The position numbers and the translations under genes are program-made. DNA of 64,000 nucleotides from Hyalangium minutum. Its GTDB lineage: Bacteria > Myxococcota > Myxococcia > Myxococcales > Myxococcaceae. The DNA lies in contig NZ_JMCB01000018.1 in NCBI RefSeq assembly GCF_000737315.1, positions 124,001-188,000 on the forward strand, written 5' to 3'. Under the pieces are notes generated by a model, which saw nothing but the letters and a program-made list of their open reading frames with translations, ran no database searches and was not told the DNA's origin. Positions 1 through 9,102 of the stretch are shown piece after piece (position 1 is the stretch's first letter; each line of letters begins with the position of its first letter).

Positions 1-393
1 GCTCGACAATGCCTGCCACCTTCATCTGCGAGTTGATGAAGATCATGTCCAGCGAGATGAGCGTGTTGCGCATCCAGAAGCTCTGCACCTCTTCGTCCGG
101 GAAGAGGAAGAGCATGCCCTTGCCAGCCGCCATCTCCGTGCGCCACATCAGCCCGCGGGTGCGCGCATCCGGAGTCGCAGCCACCTCCACCTCCACCCGG
201 TGCACTCCTCCGAAGGCGTCGTGCAGGCGCACGAACGCTCGCGGCAGCGTCGGCATCACATAGTCCTTCGCGGTCACGTCCGTTGGGGGAGGAGTCGGGG
301 CCGGCGGCGGCTTGCCCTGGGCCTCGGGCGCCTGGCAGGCCAGCACCAACAGCAGCGCGGCGCCCACCGCATGCACGGAAGCGCGGCGCAGGC

Positions 394-397
<4 letters not shown>
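1..397 (-). CDS. DUF192 family lipoprotein (3' end outside the window)
   Basis: Hand translation from GTG at 397: MSLRRASVHAVGAALLLVLAC (lipobox), a Pro-rich linker, then VEVEVAATPDARTRGLMWR...GMLFLFP...FWMRNTLISLDMIFI, typical of DUF192. The start overlaps the PilZ stop (GTGA). Confidence 0.85.
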
Positions 398-786
<389 letters not shown>

Positions 787-811
787 GCTGGCGCGGAGTA
801 TAGGGGAGCCT

Positions 812-3190
812 ATGCAGCAAGTCCTGTGGTCCCGCGCTTCTGCCCTATTGCGTCGCCCCGCCGTTCTCATTGTGGCGGGTGTGATGGCCCTGGGGGGCTC
901 TTGCCTTGTCTTCCTGCCGCTCTTCGGGCTGCCGGGCTTCGAGCTGGGACTGGCCCTCTCGATCGCCGTGGGCCTGCTGGGCGGTGGGGTGGGCATCGCC
1001 GCCGCGGCCCAGGAGCGCCGCGTCATCCGGGGCGAAGAGCCCCGCCTCCAGACGCTCCCCCGCCCCGAGCACCGGGGACAGGCGGTGGCCCTGGCCCTTG
1101 GCACCGCGCTGCTGGTGAACGGGGCCGTCCTCGTGCCCCCCTTCCTCAGTTCCACCCTCTTCGCGCTCTTTTCAACCCAGTGCGATCCGTTCGAGCTGGT
1201 GGGCTTCTACCCGCTGCTCACCGTGCCCTCTGCGGTGCTCTCCGCCGCCGCGGGCGTCCTCTGCGGCTTCTGGATCCGGCGGCCCGGCCGGGCCGTGCTC
1301 GCCTACATCGGGCTGGTGCTCCTGTCCGGGGTCCACACCGCGTGGCCCATCATCGCCGGGCCCCAGGTGTACGCCTTCAACCACTTTCTCGGACATCTCC
1401 CCGGCCCCCTCTATGACGAGGCGCTGGCGGTGACACCGAAGCTGCTCTGGTTCCGGCTGGAGACGGTGCTGCTGGCCGGGCTGCTCGCGCTGCTCACCGC
1501 CGTGAGCCTGGACGTGAAGGAAGGACGCCTCACCCGGCCGCGCCCCTCACTCGGAGGCTGGGTGCTGCTGGCGCTGCTGGTGGGGGCTTTGGCCCTCCTG
1601 GAGGGGAACGGGCCGGCGCTCGGGCTGCGGATGACGCACGAGTACCTGGCCGAGCAGCTCGGCGGGGTGCGCGACACGGAGCACTTCCGGCTGCACTACC
1701 CGCGGGGCATGAATCGCGAGGCGGTGGAGCGGATGGCGAGGGACCTCGAGTTCCGCCACCACCAGCTCTCCCAGTTCCTCGGCGGTGGACCTGCGGAGCG
1801 GATCCGCGTCTACCTCTATAAGACGGAGGAGGAGAAGCAGGCACTGGTGGGTGCGGGCCGGACGCAGTTCGCCAAGCCGTGGCTCGCCGAGCTGCACATC
1901 AACGACAAGCCCTTCCCCCACACCAGCCTGCACCACGAGCTGGCGCACGTGATGGCGGGCCCGGCGGGGAGCGGCCCATTCCAGGTCACCACGCGCCTGT
2001 TCGGGCTCTGGCCGCTGATGGGCGTCATCGAGGGCTTCGCGGTGGCGGCGGATGACCCCGTCCAGGGCGAACTCACGCTGCACCAGTGGGCCGCGGGCAT
2101 GCGCCGCCAGAAGCTGGCCCCGGACATGCGCAAGCTGATGGGCACCGAGGGCTTCTACCAGTCCGCGCCCTCCCGGGCGTACACAGTGGCGGGCTCGTTC
2201 CTGCGCTTCCTGGCGGACACCTACGGCCCGGAGAAAGTCCGCGCACTCTATGCTCACGCGGACTTCCAGAAGGCCTACGGGCGCCCGCTGGACGATCTCG
2301 TCACCGAGTGGGAGCGCTACGTGGATGCGCTGCCGCTGGACGAGGGCGCCATCAGCCGCGCCTTCCTGCGCTTCCGCACCGGTGCGCTCTTCACCCGCGC
2401 CTGTGCCCGCGAGGTGGCGCGGATCCAGAAGACCGCCCAGGAGGCGCTTGCGAGTGATCCGCAGGAGGCGCTCGAGCTCTACCGGCGCGCCACGGAGCTG
2501 CAGCCCGAGGAGCCCACCTACCCCATGGGCCAGGCCCTGGCGCTGGACCAGTTGGATCGCACCACCGAGGCGGCCCAGGTGCTGGCCACCCTGGCAGCCC
2601 AGCCGAAGGTGAAGGAGCAGCCCGCGCTGGAGGCCGAGGTCGTCATGGATCAGGCGGACATGGCCCTGCGTCTGGAGCGGCTGAGTGAGGCGAAGGGGTT
2701 CCTGGAGCGAGTGCTCTCGCTGGCGCCCAGCCCTGAGCTGACGCGCTCGGCGCAGATCAAGCTCGCCTCGCTGGACTCGCCCTCACGCCTGAGCACGGTG
2801 GAGCGCTTCTTCCGCTCGCGACAGGAGGAACTGCGCCTGCTGTACCTGTCCCAGGCGCTGGAGACGGCCCGGACGGACCCCTACCTCAACTACCTGCTGG
2901 GCCGCCGGCTGCAACAGGTGGGAGATCCCACGCTGGCGGTGGAATACATCTCCCGGGCGCTGGGCAACACCCCCGAGCCGCTGCCCGAGGCCATCCGCCG
3001 GGAGGCGCTGAAGATGATGGTGGAGTCCTCCTACCTGTCGGGGGACTGCGGCGCGGTGCGGCACGAAGTGGGCGCACTGCCCGATTTTGGACCTGCCTTC
3101 CGCAAGGCGGCCGAGGAGTGGCAGGCGCGGTGTGATTTCGAGGATGCAGCGCTTCACGGACCCCTGGTGCCCCGGAAGGCTTTCCGCTAG
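812..3190 (+). CDS. Multi-pass membrane protein with a gluzincin (peptidase MA-like) domain and C-terminal TPR-like repeats
   Basis: ATG 812 after GGGGAG; several N-terminal hydrophobic helices; LHHELAH followed by IEGFA (HExxH...E); helical TPR-like C-terminus. Confidence 0.75.
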   Translation: MQQVLWSRASALLRRPAVLIVAGVMALGGSCLVFLPLFGLPGFELGLALSIAVGLLGGGVGIAAAAQERRVIRGEEPRLQTLPRPEHRGQAVALALGTALLVNGAVLVPPFLSSTLFALFSTQCDPFELVGFYPLLTVPSAVLSAAAGVLCGFWIRRPGRAVLAYIGLVLLSGVHTAWPIIAGPQVYAFNHFLGHLPGPLYDEALAVTPKLLWFRLETVLLAGLLALLTAVSLDVKEGRLTRPRPSLGGWVLLALLVGALALLEGNGPALGLRMTHEYLAEQLGGVRDTEHFRLHYPRGMNREAVERMARDLEFRHHQLSQFLGGGPAERIRVYLYKTEEEKQALVGAGRTQFAKPWLAELHINDKPFPHTSLHHELAHVMAGPAGSGPFQVTTRLFGLWPLMGVIEGFAVAADDPVQGELTLHQWAAGMRRQKLAPDMRKLMGTEGFYQSAPSRAYTVAGSFLRFLADTYGPEKVRALYAHADFQKAYGRPLDDLVTEWERYVDALPLDEGAISRAFLRFRTGALFTRACAREVARIQKTAQEALASDPQEALELYRRATELQPEEPTYPMGQALALDQLDRTTEAAQVLATLAAQPKVKEQPALEAEVVMDQADMALRLERLSEAKGFLERVLSLAPSPELTRSAQIKLASLDSPSRLSTVERFFRSRQEELRLLYLSQALETARTDPYLNYLLGRRLQQVGDPTLAVEYISRALGNTPEPLPEAIRREALKMMVESSYLSGDCGAVRHEVGALPDFGPAFRKAAEEWQARCDFEDAALHGPLVPRKAFR

Positions 3191-3220
3191 AGGCAGGCGC
3201 CACACACTTCAGGAGGGCGT

Positions 3221-3745
3221 ATGCGGTTCGAATCGCGGCAGCGGATTTCGGGGACGGTGGACGAGGTAGAGCGCGCGATGCTTGACCCGCGGTACCCCGA
3301 CTTCCTGCTGAAGCACCACGGGGTGCTGCTCGAGGTCCAGCAGATGGAGTTCAAGGACGAGGGCGACAAGGTCCGCCGCAAGGTGCGCTACCGCCCCAAG
3401 CCGGTCATCGCGACCATTGGTCCCAAGCGCGTACCGCCCGAGTGGTTCGCGTTCGTGGAGACGTCCATCTACGACAAGAAGAAGAAGGAGCTGGCCTTCA
3501 ACAACGTGCCCACGTCAAACACCATCTCCAAGATGCTGGTGAACACGGGCACGCTGAAGCTGCGGGACGTGGGCGGCGCCACCGAGCGCTCCATGGATGG
3601 TGAAATCTCCCTCAAGCTGCCGCTGCTGATGAAGCCGCTGGCGCTGATCGGCGAGAAGGTGATCCAGTCCGAGGGCCTGAAGATCCTCGACGGCGAGGCG
3701 CCGGTGCTCACCCGCTTCATCGCCGAGGTGCTGCGCAAGGGCTGA
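3221..3745 (+). CDS. DUF2505/SRPBCC (START-fold)-like protein
   Basis: 174 aa, SD GGAGGG; helix-grip-like pattern with a C-terminal helix (PLALIGEKVI). Confidence 0.6.
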   Translation: MRFESRQRISGTVDEVERAMLDPRYPDFLLKHHGVLLEVQQMEFKDEGDKVRRKVRYRPKPVIATIGPKRVPPEWFAFVETSIYDKKKKELAFNNVPTSNTISKMLVNTGTLKLRDVGGATERSMDGEISLKLPLLMKPLALIGEKVIQSEGLKILDGEAPVLTRFIAEVLRKG

Positions 3746-3784
3746 GGCTGAGAGGGCCGCAGGGCACGCATTGGCGGCGATTTG

Positions 3785-4348
3785 CTAGACCTCCGTGAAC
3801 CGCGTGCCCGTGGCGCCCATTCGATCCAAGGCTTCCTTGATCTCCCCGGAGACGATCAAGACGACCTCCCATCCCTCGGGGCGAAACACTTGGGCATTGC
3901 CCACCTTGGACGTGTCGATGCGCAGGTCATCCACGGCCCAGTACTGCCCCACTTTCTCCGGGACCCCATCCTCCGGGGTCCAGAACTGGACCTTGGAGGC
4001 CTTCTCATCAATGCAGCGGATGAGGCGCGTGGCCACCATGACGAGGTACTGATCGGGTTGGCCAGGGATATCCGCAGGGATGAGCTGAATGTCGTCGGCG
4101 GCCAGTTCCTTGAAGACATGAGCCACCTTGATGTGGACAACGGGGATGCTCAGGCCCGCCCAGGAATAGTCCAGTGGCTTCCCCGCGATCTCGATGGGGA
4201 TTTTCAGGCGTCCCTCGATATGCACGGGTGCGCCCTTGGTGAAATCCCAGTCGAGCACCTTGCGGCCTCGGGAGTCGGTGGGTGTATCCAGGTGCCAACG
4301 GCGGGGAACGTAGCGATCGTCGGCAAGTTTGAAGAAGCGTTGAGGCAT
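3785..4348 (-). CDS. Imm11 (DUF1629-like) immunity protein
   Basis: MPQRFFKLADD...LIRCIDE...LRID..KVGNAQVFRPEGWEVVLIVSGEIKEAL..MGATGTRF, the typical myxobacterial Imm11 pattern; starts 20 nt after the toxin stop. Confidence 0.8.
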   Translation of the reverse strand: MPQRFFKLADDRYVPRRWHLDTPTDSRGRKVLDWDFTKGAPVHIEGRLKIPIEIAGKPLDYSWAGLSIPVVHIKVAHVFKELAADDIQLIPADIPGQPDQYLVMVATRLIRCIDEKASKVQFWTPEDGVPEKVGQYWAVDDLRIDTSKVGNAQVFRPEGWEVVLIVSGEIKEALDRMGATGTRFTEV

Positions 4349-4368
4349 TGGATTGGGAAGTTCTAGCG

Positions 4369-5724
4369 TTATTGCCCCAAGGTAACGAGCCGGTTCAGCT
4401 CCGTTCCCGGCGTGGCGATTTCGTTGGCCAACCTCCTGAGAGCGTCTGTCAACTGCGGTCGGCATTGCGAGATGCTGCTGCAGTTTCCTAACGCTCTGAC
4501 CAAACGCTCGTAGATGACCTCATGATAGCGCTGCGGATGGGGCCCCCTGTGCCCCTCGATGGGCACGATGTTTTCAGCATCCTTCAGGCGCATCCCGGCC
4601 CTGGCGAAGAGCTTCTCGAACAAAGGAGTCCACGGGCCTCCTCGCAGAGCGGACTTCTTGTTGGCAACGGTAGCAATGTGGTGCTTCTGCGTGCGGCCAC
4701 CACTCCCATTGGAGGCCATCGCCACCGCCCCCGGGCCCAGCGCCACGATGAAGCCATCGGCCGTCACCGCCACCGACTCCACTGCCCCCACCTCGGACAA
4801 CAAAAGGCCTCCTTGCGCCTCCGCCTGCATGGACACCTGCGCCGAACCGGGCAGCGTGCTCACCTGCTGTGCGAAGTCCTTCGCCGTGTGCGTCAGCAGC
4901 GCCATGGCCACCAGCGCGAACGCCTGGGCCGCCTCGCGTGAGAACAACTTGCCGAACCGCTCACCCGCCTCGCGCAACTCCTCGAACGTGGTGGCCTCCT
5001 GCACCTCCTTCATCAACTGAAACCAGCCCTCCACCAGCCGGTAGAGCGTCTTGGCGCCCACCCAATAAATGAGCGCCACAGTGGCCCAGGCAGCAATGAA
5101 CTTGGTCACCGGATCCGGCATGGCCAGCAGCACCAGCAAAGTGATGACGGTACACATGGCGGCCTGAAGCACGGCCCGCATGCTGACCATGTGCCCCAGC
5201 GCCATCTCGAACTCCTCCAGCACGGGGCTTTTGCTCAGGGCCATGGCCCACATGTAGCGGCCGCGCAGGTCCATGTACTTGCCAGCCACCAGCGCCCCGC
5301 CCAGGCAATCTCCGTTGAACCGGTGCTCACTGCGGCACCAATCCGTGTACCAGGTGACCCAGCGCTGCTCCTGGTCCGTCAGCCCTCCCTCCAGGGCCAT
5401 GCCCCCCTCCAGGGGGATCAATTTCCGCTCCCGCAGCAGGTACAGGTAGTCGCCGTAAAGGGCTTCGAGTTGGAACAACCGCTCCACCGCCTCTCGTGGG
5501 GAGCCGCTCAGGCGCACCTGCCGTGCCATGTGCTGGAGCGCCTGGGTCACTTCCTCTGGCGGAAGCTCCACGGGTGCCACCGTGGCGGAGCGGGAAATAA
5601 AGAGGAGGGTCTCCCCCCGCGATCCGCTCTCCACCCGGATCGCAGGCACCGTGGTGCCGCACCCGGCCACCATGAGAGCCACCAACACCGCTTCGAACCT
5701 CCACAGCCACTGCCACAGTCGCAT
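4369..5724 (-). CDS. SitA5-like polymorphic lipoprotein toxin with a C-terminal AHH (HNH-fold) nuclease domain
   Basis: SD GGAGG; lipobox VAGC; central WC...GDCL, MPDPVTK and ATTFEELREAGERFGK segments resembling SitA5; C-terminal KHHIAT...GHRGPHP..YH His cluster. Confidence 0.75.
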   Translation of the reverse strand: MRLWQWLWRFEAVLVALMVAGCGTTVPAIRVESGSRGETLLFISRSATVAPVELPPEEVTQALQHMARQVRLSGSPREAVERLFQLEALYGDYLYLLRERKLIPLEGGMALEGGLTDQEQRWVTWYTDWCRSEHRFNGDCLGGALVAGKYMDLRGRYMWAMALSKSPVLEEFEMALGHMVSMRAVLQAAMCTVITLLVLLAMPDPVTKFIAAWATVALIYWVGAKTLYRLVEGWFQLMKEVQEATTFEELREAGERFGKLFSREAAQAFALVAMALLTHTAKDFAQQVSTLPGSAQVSMQAEAQGGLLLSEVGAVESVAVTADGFIVALGPGAVAMASNGSGGRTQKHHIATVANKKSALRGGPWTPLFEKLFARAGMRLKDAENIVPIEGHRGPHPQRYHEVIYERLVRALGNCSSISQCRPQLTDALRRLANEIATPGTELNRLVTLGQ

Positions 5725-5770
5725 GAGGTGTCCTCCGTCGTCTGACTATCCATTCGGAGCAGGGAATGAG

Positions 5771-5800
5771 TTGACACCCGCGCGGTTGCACCCCTAGAGG
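5771..5800 (+). promoter_or_regulatory. Putative sigma70-type promoter for the 5811 gene
   Basis: TTGACA (5771-5776), 18 nt, TAGAGG (5795-5800). Perfect -35, weak -10. Confidence 0.4.
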
Positions 5801-5810
5801 CGACCGAACC

Positions 5811-6275
5811 ATGACCTTCCGAGCCCTTCTCGTCCTTCCCCTGCTCCTGGCTGCGGCCTGCGCCACCCGGCGCATCCCGGGCACCGAGCTTCCCGACACC
5901 GAAGACACGCGCGCCATCCTTGCCATCATGGAGCGCTACCGCACCGCCATAGAGGCCCGGGACGCCAAGGCCATCCAGGCGCTCGTCTCCCAGGACTTCA
6001 AGGAGGACGCGGGCACCGAGACGCCTGACGACGATCTCACCTACGCCAACCTCCCCGAGCGCCTGGCGAACGCCTTCCCGAAACTCGACAGCCCGAAGGT
6101 GGAGATGAACGTGCGCCGCGTAGACATCCAGGACGAGGTGGCCACCGCCATCTACTACTGGAACGCCAGCTGGCGCCTGCCCTCGCTCACCACCCGCGCC
6201 CAGAGCGACTCCGAGCTGGAGCAGATGGTGTTCAAGAAGATCAACGGCGAGTGGAAGATCGTCTCCGGCATCTGA
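5811..6275 (+). CDS. NTF2/SnoaL-like (DUF4440-type) lipoprotein
   Basis: Lipobox LAAAC; helix RYRTAIEARDAKAI followed by strands ending in FKKINGEWKIVS. Confidence 0.75.
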   Translation: MTFRALLVLPLLLAAACATRRIPGTELPDTEDTRAILAIMERYRTAIEARDAKAIQALVSQDFKEDAGTETPDDDLTYANLPERLANAFPKLDSPKVEMNVRRVDIQDEVATAIYYWNASWRLPSLTTRAQSDSELEQMVFKKINGEWKIVSGI

Positions 6276-6309
6276 GCCGCAGCACTGAGCCGCCCCAAGC
6301 CCCTCGCGC

Positions 6310-7284
6310 TCACAGCCCCAGCAGCGCGAGGAAGCCCTTGGGTCCCATGGCGTCCAGCGCCCGAGCGCGCGCCAGGTAGGTGCGGAAGTCCTTCCGGGTG
6401 AGCTGCTCGGGAGGCAGCGGCGACAGGTGGAAGTCGCGGATGCGGCTCGCCGTGTAGCGCACCGCCCCGAAGAGCGCGTGGCCGAACAGGTTCTGCCGCT
6501 CCACCGGCGCCAGCGGCCGCGAGTCCAGGTACCCACGAATGAACGCCTGGCACAGCCCCGGCAGGTACGCCCCGTTGTCGAAGCACCAGGCGTTCAGGGT
6601 GATGACCACGTCCAGGCCATAGGCGTCCTTGCACGCCATCTCGAAGTCGAAGAAGGCCCCCACCCGGTCCGCCAGCCACTTCACGTTGTCCGTGAACAGG
6701 TCCGCGTGGATGACGCCACGCGGCTCCAGCCCATGGGAGCGCTCGCGCTCGGCCCGATCCAGATGCTCCTCCAGCTCGTCCGCGGCGGAGGACACCTCTT
6801 CGTCCTTGTGGTTGCGCAGCCCGGCCAGCCAGCTCCGCACCTGCTCGGCGCTGTACGGGTTGTCCCGGCTGCCGCCGAAGGACTGGGTGATGCGGTGCAT
6901 CTTCCCCAGCTCCTGCCCCAGCCGCTCCGTGTGCTCCGCGGTGATGTGGGGGCGCTTGAGCTCCTCGCCCGCCAGCCACTTGAAGACGCTCACCCGCCCG
7001 CCCTCCAGCTCCAGGAAGGGCTGCCCCTGCTTCGTCAGCAGCAGCGTGGGCGAGGGAAAGTGGGACTCGGTGAGGTGCGTGAGCAGCGCTGCCTCGAAGC
7101 GCAGATCCTCCGCCGAGCGCACCGTGGTGTGCCGAACGAAGAGCTTGCCCTCGGGCGTGAGGATCCGGTGGTTGGTGTTGATGGAGCCCTCGGGGATGGC
7201 CACCACCTCCTGCACCGCTCCCAGCCCGTACGCCTCGGCCACCCGAGTGAACGCCTCGGGCTTCAGCACCGTGTACACCGCCAT
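6310..7284 (-). CDS. thrB: Homoserine kinase type II (APH/choline kinase fold)
   Basis: MAVYTVL, GSINTN, GVIHADLFTDNV, FDFEMAC and RFxxSR-like (RYTASRIRDF) motifs; SD GGAGG before ATG 7284. Confidence 0.9.
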   Translation of the reverse strand: MAVYTVLKPEAFTRVAEAYGLGAVQEVVAIPEGSINTNHRILTPEGKLFVRHTTVRSAEDLRFEAALLTHLTESHFPSPTLLLTKQGQPFLELEGGRVSVFKWLAGEELKRPHITAEHTERLGQELGKMHRITQSFGGSRDNPYSAEQVRSWLAGLRNHKDEEVSSAADELEEHLDRAERERSHGLEPRGVIHADLFTDNVKWLADRVGAFFDFEMACKDAYGLDVVITLNAWCFDNGAYLPGLCQAFIRGYLDSRPLAPVERQNLFGHALFGAVRYTASRIRDFHLSPLPPEQLTRKDFRTYLARARALDAMGPKGFLALLGL

Positions 7285-7335
7285 GCGCAACCTCCCGGAG
7301 TGGACAGCCACTCAACCCTTCGCAGCCCCCCTCCG

Positions 7336-7364
7336 TTGACACCCAGCGACGCCGGGCATATCTA
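7336..7364 (+). promoter_or_regulatory. Putative sigma70-type promoter for the TPR gene
   Basis: TTGACA (7336-7341), 17 nt, TATCTA (7359-7364). Shares the 10-mer GTTGACACCC with the 5770 site. Confidence 0.4.
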
Positions 7365-7431
7365 GGCGCAGCTCTCTGATCAACATAAACGTCCGAAACC
7401 ATTCAATTTTCCGGGCCGGAGGCAGTCGCGC

Positions 7432-9036
7432 ATGGGCATGGGAGACGGCGGTCACGTCGGGCCGAGGGACTGGAAGCGAAAGGAGAGCCTGGCGAGCGCC
7501 CTGATCCAGGTGGCGCTCGTGGCCGTCCTGCTGGGGGCGGCGGTGGCCTTCGTGGTGCACCGAGGCCGCGTCCGCCAGGAGACAGACACCCGGCTGAAGG
7601 CGGCCCAAGGGCTGGCCCAGCGCGGCAACCCGGCGGATCTGGAGAAGGCGCTCAAGGAGCTGGAGACCCTCTTCGCCCTGGACGACAAGATGTATGGCGC
7701 GCACGCCTTGGCCGCGGAGCTGCAAACGGAGCTGTGGCTGGATCACCACCAGCCGGGCGCCGAGGCTCACGCCCGCGAGCACCTGGCCCGCGCCGAGGCC
7801 CTGGAGAACAAGGACGTGGAGCGCTACGGCGCCAAGGTGGTGCGAGCCCGGCTCCTGCTGGCCGAGGGCAAGGCCGCCGAGGCCGAGCAGGCGCTGACGG
7901 CGCTGCGCGAGCGCGGGGCCAGCAACCCGAAGCTGTGGCTCACCCTGGCGAGGGCGTACCAGGCCCGGGGGAACCTGCAGGCGGCGCGGCAGGCCTTCTC
8001 GCGCGCCACCGAGGCCGGCTGGAGGGATCCGCGCTACGCGGCGGCCTACGGCGAGGCGCTGCTCGAGGAGGCGCTGTACGCCCAGGCTGGCGAAGCGGTG
8101 GGCCGAGCGCTGTCGGCCAACGCGGAGCACCTCCCGTCGAAGCTGACGGCGGCGTTGGCCCTCCTTTATATGCGGGAGCGGCCGGCGGACGCGGAGCGGA
8201 TGCTGCAAGAGGTGCAGGAGCATGAAGCGGAGCTGTCTCCAGCGCTGAAGGTGCGCGCGCTGGCGGCTCGAGCGGAGCTGGCGCTGGCCCGGGACAACCC
8301 AGAGGACGCGCTGAAGCAGGCGGACGCAGCGCTCGCGCTGCTGCCGGAGGATGCCCCGGCCCTCTTCGAGCGAGCCCGATCGCTGGCGGCGAAGAAGGAT
8401 GCGGGCGCGCGGGCGGCCTTCGAGGCGGCGGTGGCGAAGCACCGGACTGCGCCCCTGTTCTACCTGGAGGGCGCGAAGTCGCTCCAGCAGGCGGGGGACG
8501 GAGCGGGGGCACTGGCGCTGATGGACGCGTACGAGACGGTGTTCCGCGACGTGCAAGTCCCCGCGGGCGAGGGCAAGACCGTGAGCGCGCTGGAGCGGGA
8601 CGACCGCTACTGGCTGGCGCGCGGCGGCATGCTGGAGGCGGCGGGCCGACAGGACGAGGCGCAGGCGGCCTATGAGCGGGCGATCGCCGTGAAGGGCGCC
8701 GCGTTGGCGCGAGCGCAGTACGCCAAGGGCGCGCTGCTGCTGGCGCGCAAGGACTACACGGGGGCGCGCGAGGTGCTCGCGGCGGTGACGCCGGAGACGG
8801 GCGCGGGCCCGCTGCCGGACGCCTACGCGGCCATGGGCGAGGCCCTCTTCGGCCAGGGGGACTACGCCACGGGCCTGCAGCACCACTACGTGGCGCTCAG
8901 CCGGGATCGGGCTCGGAAGGTGCCTCTGGAGCAGCTCCAGGCGCGCGCGGCGGACATCGGCAAGAGGCTGACGGCCGCCGGGCAATCCTCCATGGCGAAG
9001 ACCTGGAAGACAGAAACGGACTCGCTGCTCAGGTAA
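7432..9036 (+). CDS. Membrane-anchored tetratricopeptide repeat protein
   Basis: One N-terminal hydrophobic helix (ALIQVALVAVLLGAAVAFVV), then Ala/Leu-rich TPR-like helices. Start codon uncertain (7432 or 7438). Confidence 0.7.
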   Translation: MGMGDGGHVGPRDWKRKESLASALIQVALVAVLLGAAVAFVVHRGRVRQETDTRLKAAQGLAQRGNPADLEKALKELETLFALDDKMYGAHALAAELQTELWLDHHQPGAEAHAREHLARAEALENKDVERYGAKVVRARLLLAEGKAAEAEQALTALRERGASNPKLWLTLARAYQARGNLQAARQAFSRATEAGWRDPRYAAAYGEALLEEALYAQAGEAVGRALSANAEHLPSKLTAALALLYMRERPADAERMLQEVQEHEAELSPALKVRALAARAELALARDNPEDALKQADAALALLPEDAPALFERARSLAAKKDAGARAAFEAAVAKHRTAPLFYLEGAKSLQQAGDGAGALALMDAYETVFRDVQVPAGEGKTVSALERDDRYWLARGGMLEAAGRQDEAQAAYERAIAVKGAALARAQYAKGALLLARKDYTGAREVLAAVTPETGAGPLPDAYAAMGEALFGQGDYATGLQHHYVALSRDRARKVPLEQLQARAADIGKRLTAAGQSSMAKTWKTETDSLLR

Positions 9037-9070
9037 AAAAGAAGGGCCCGCGGTCTCCCACGGGCCCTTC
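9035..9070 (-). terminator. Intrinsic terminator
   Basis: GAAGGGCCCG (9041-9050) / CGGGCCCTTC (9061-9070), a perfect 10-bp stem; A6 at 9035-9040 gives a U-tract on the minus strand, downstream of the 9103 gene. Confidence 0.85.
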
Positions 9071-9102
9071 CCTGAAACTTCAATCTCCGAGGCGTTCGCC
9101 GA

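Noticed and set aside
3746-5810. Transposon or target-site duplication around the toxin cassette
   Set aside because: No terminal inverted repeats, direct repeats or recombinase seen.
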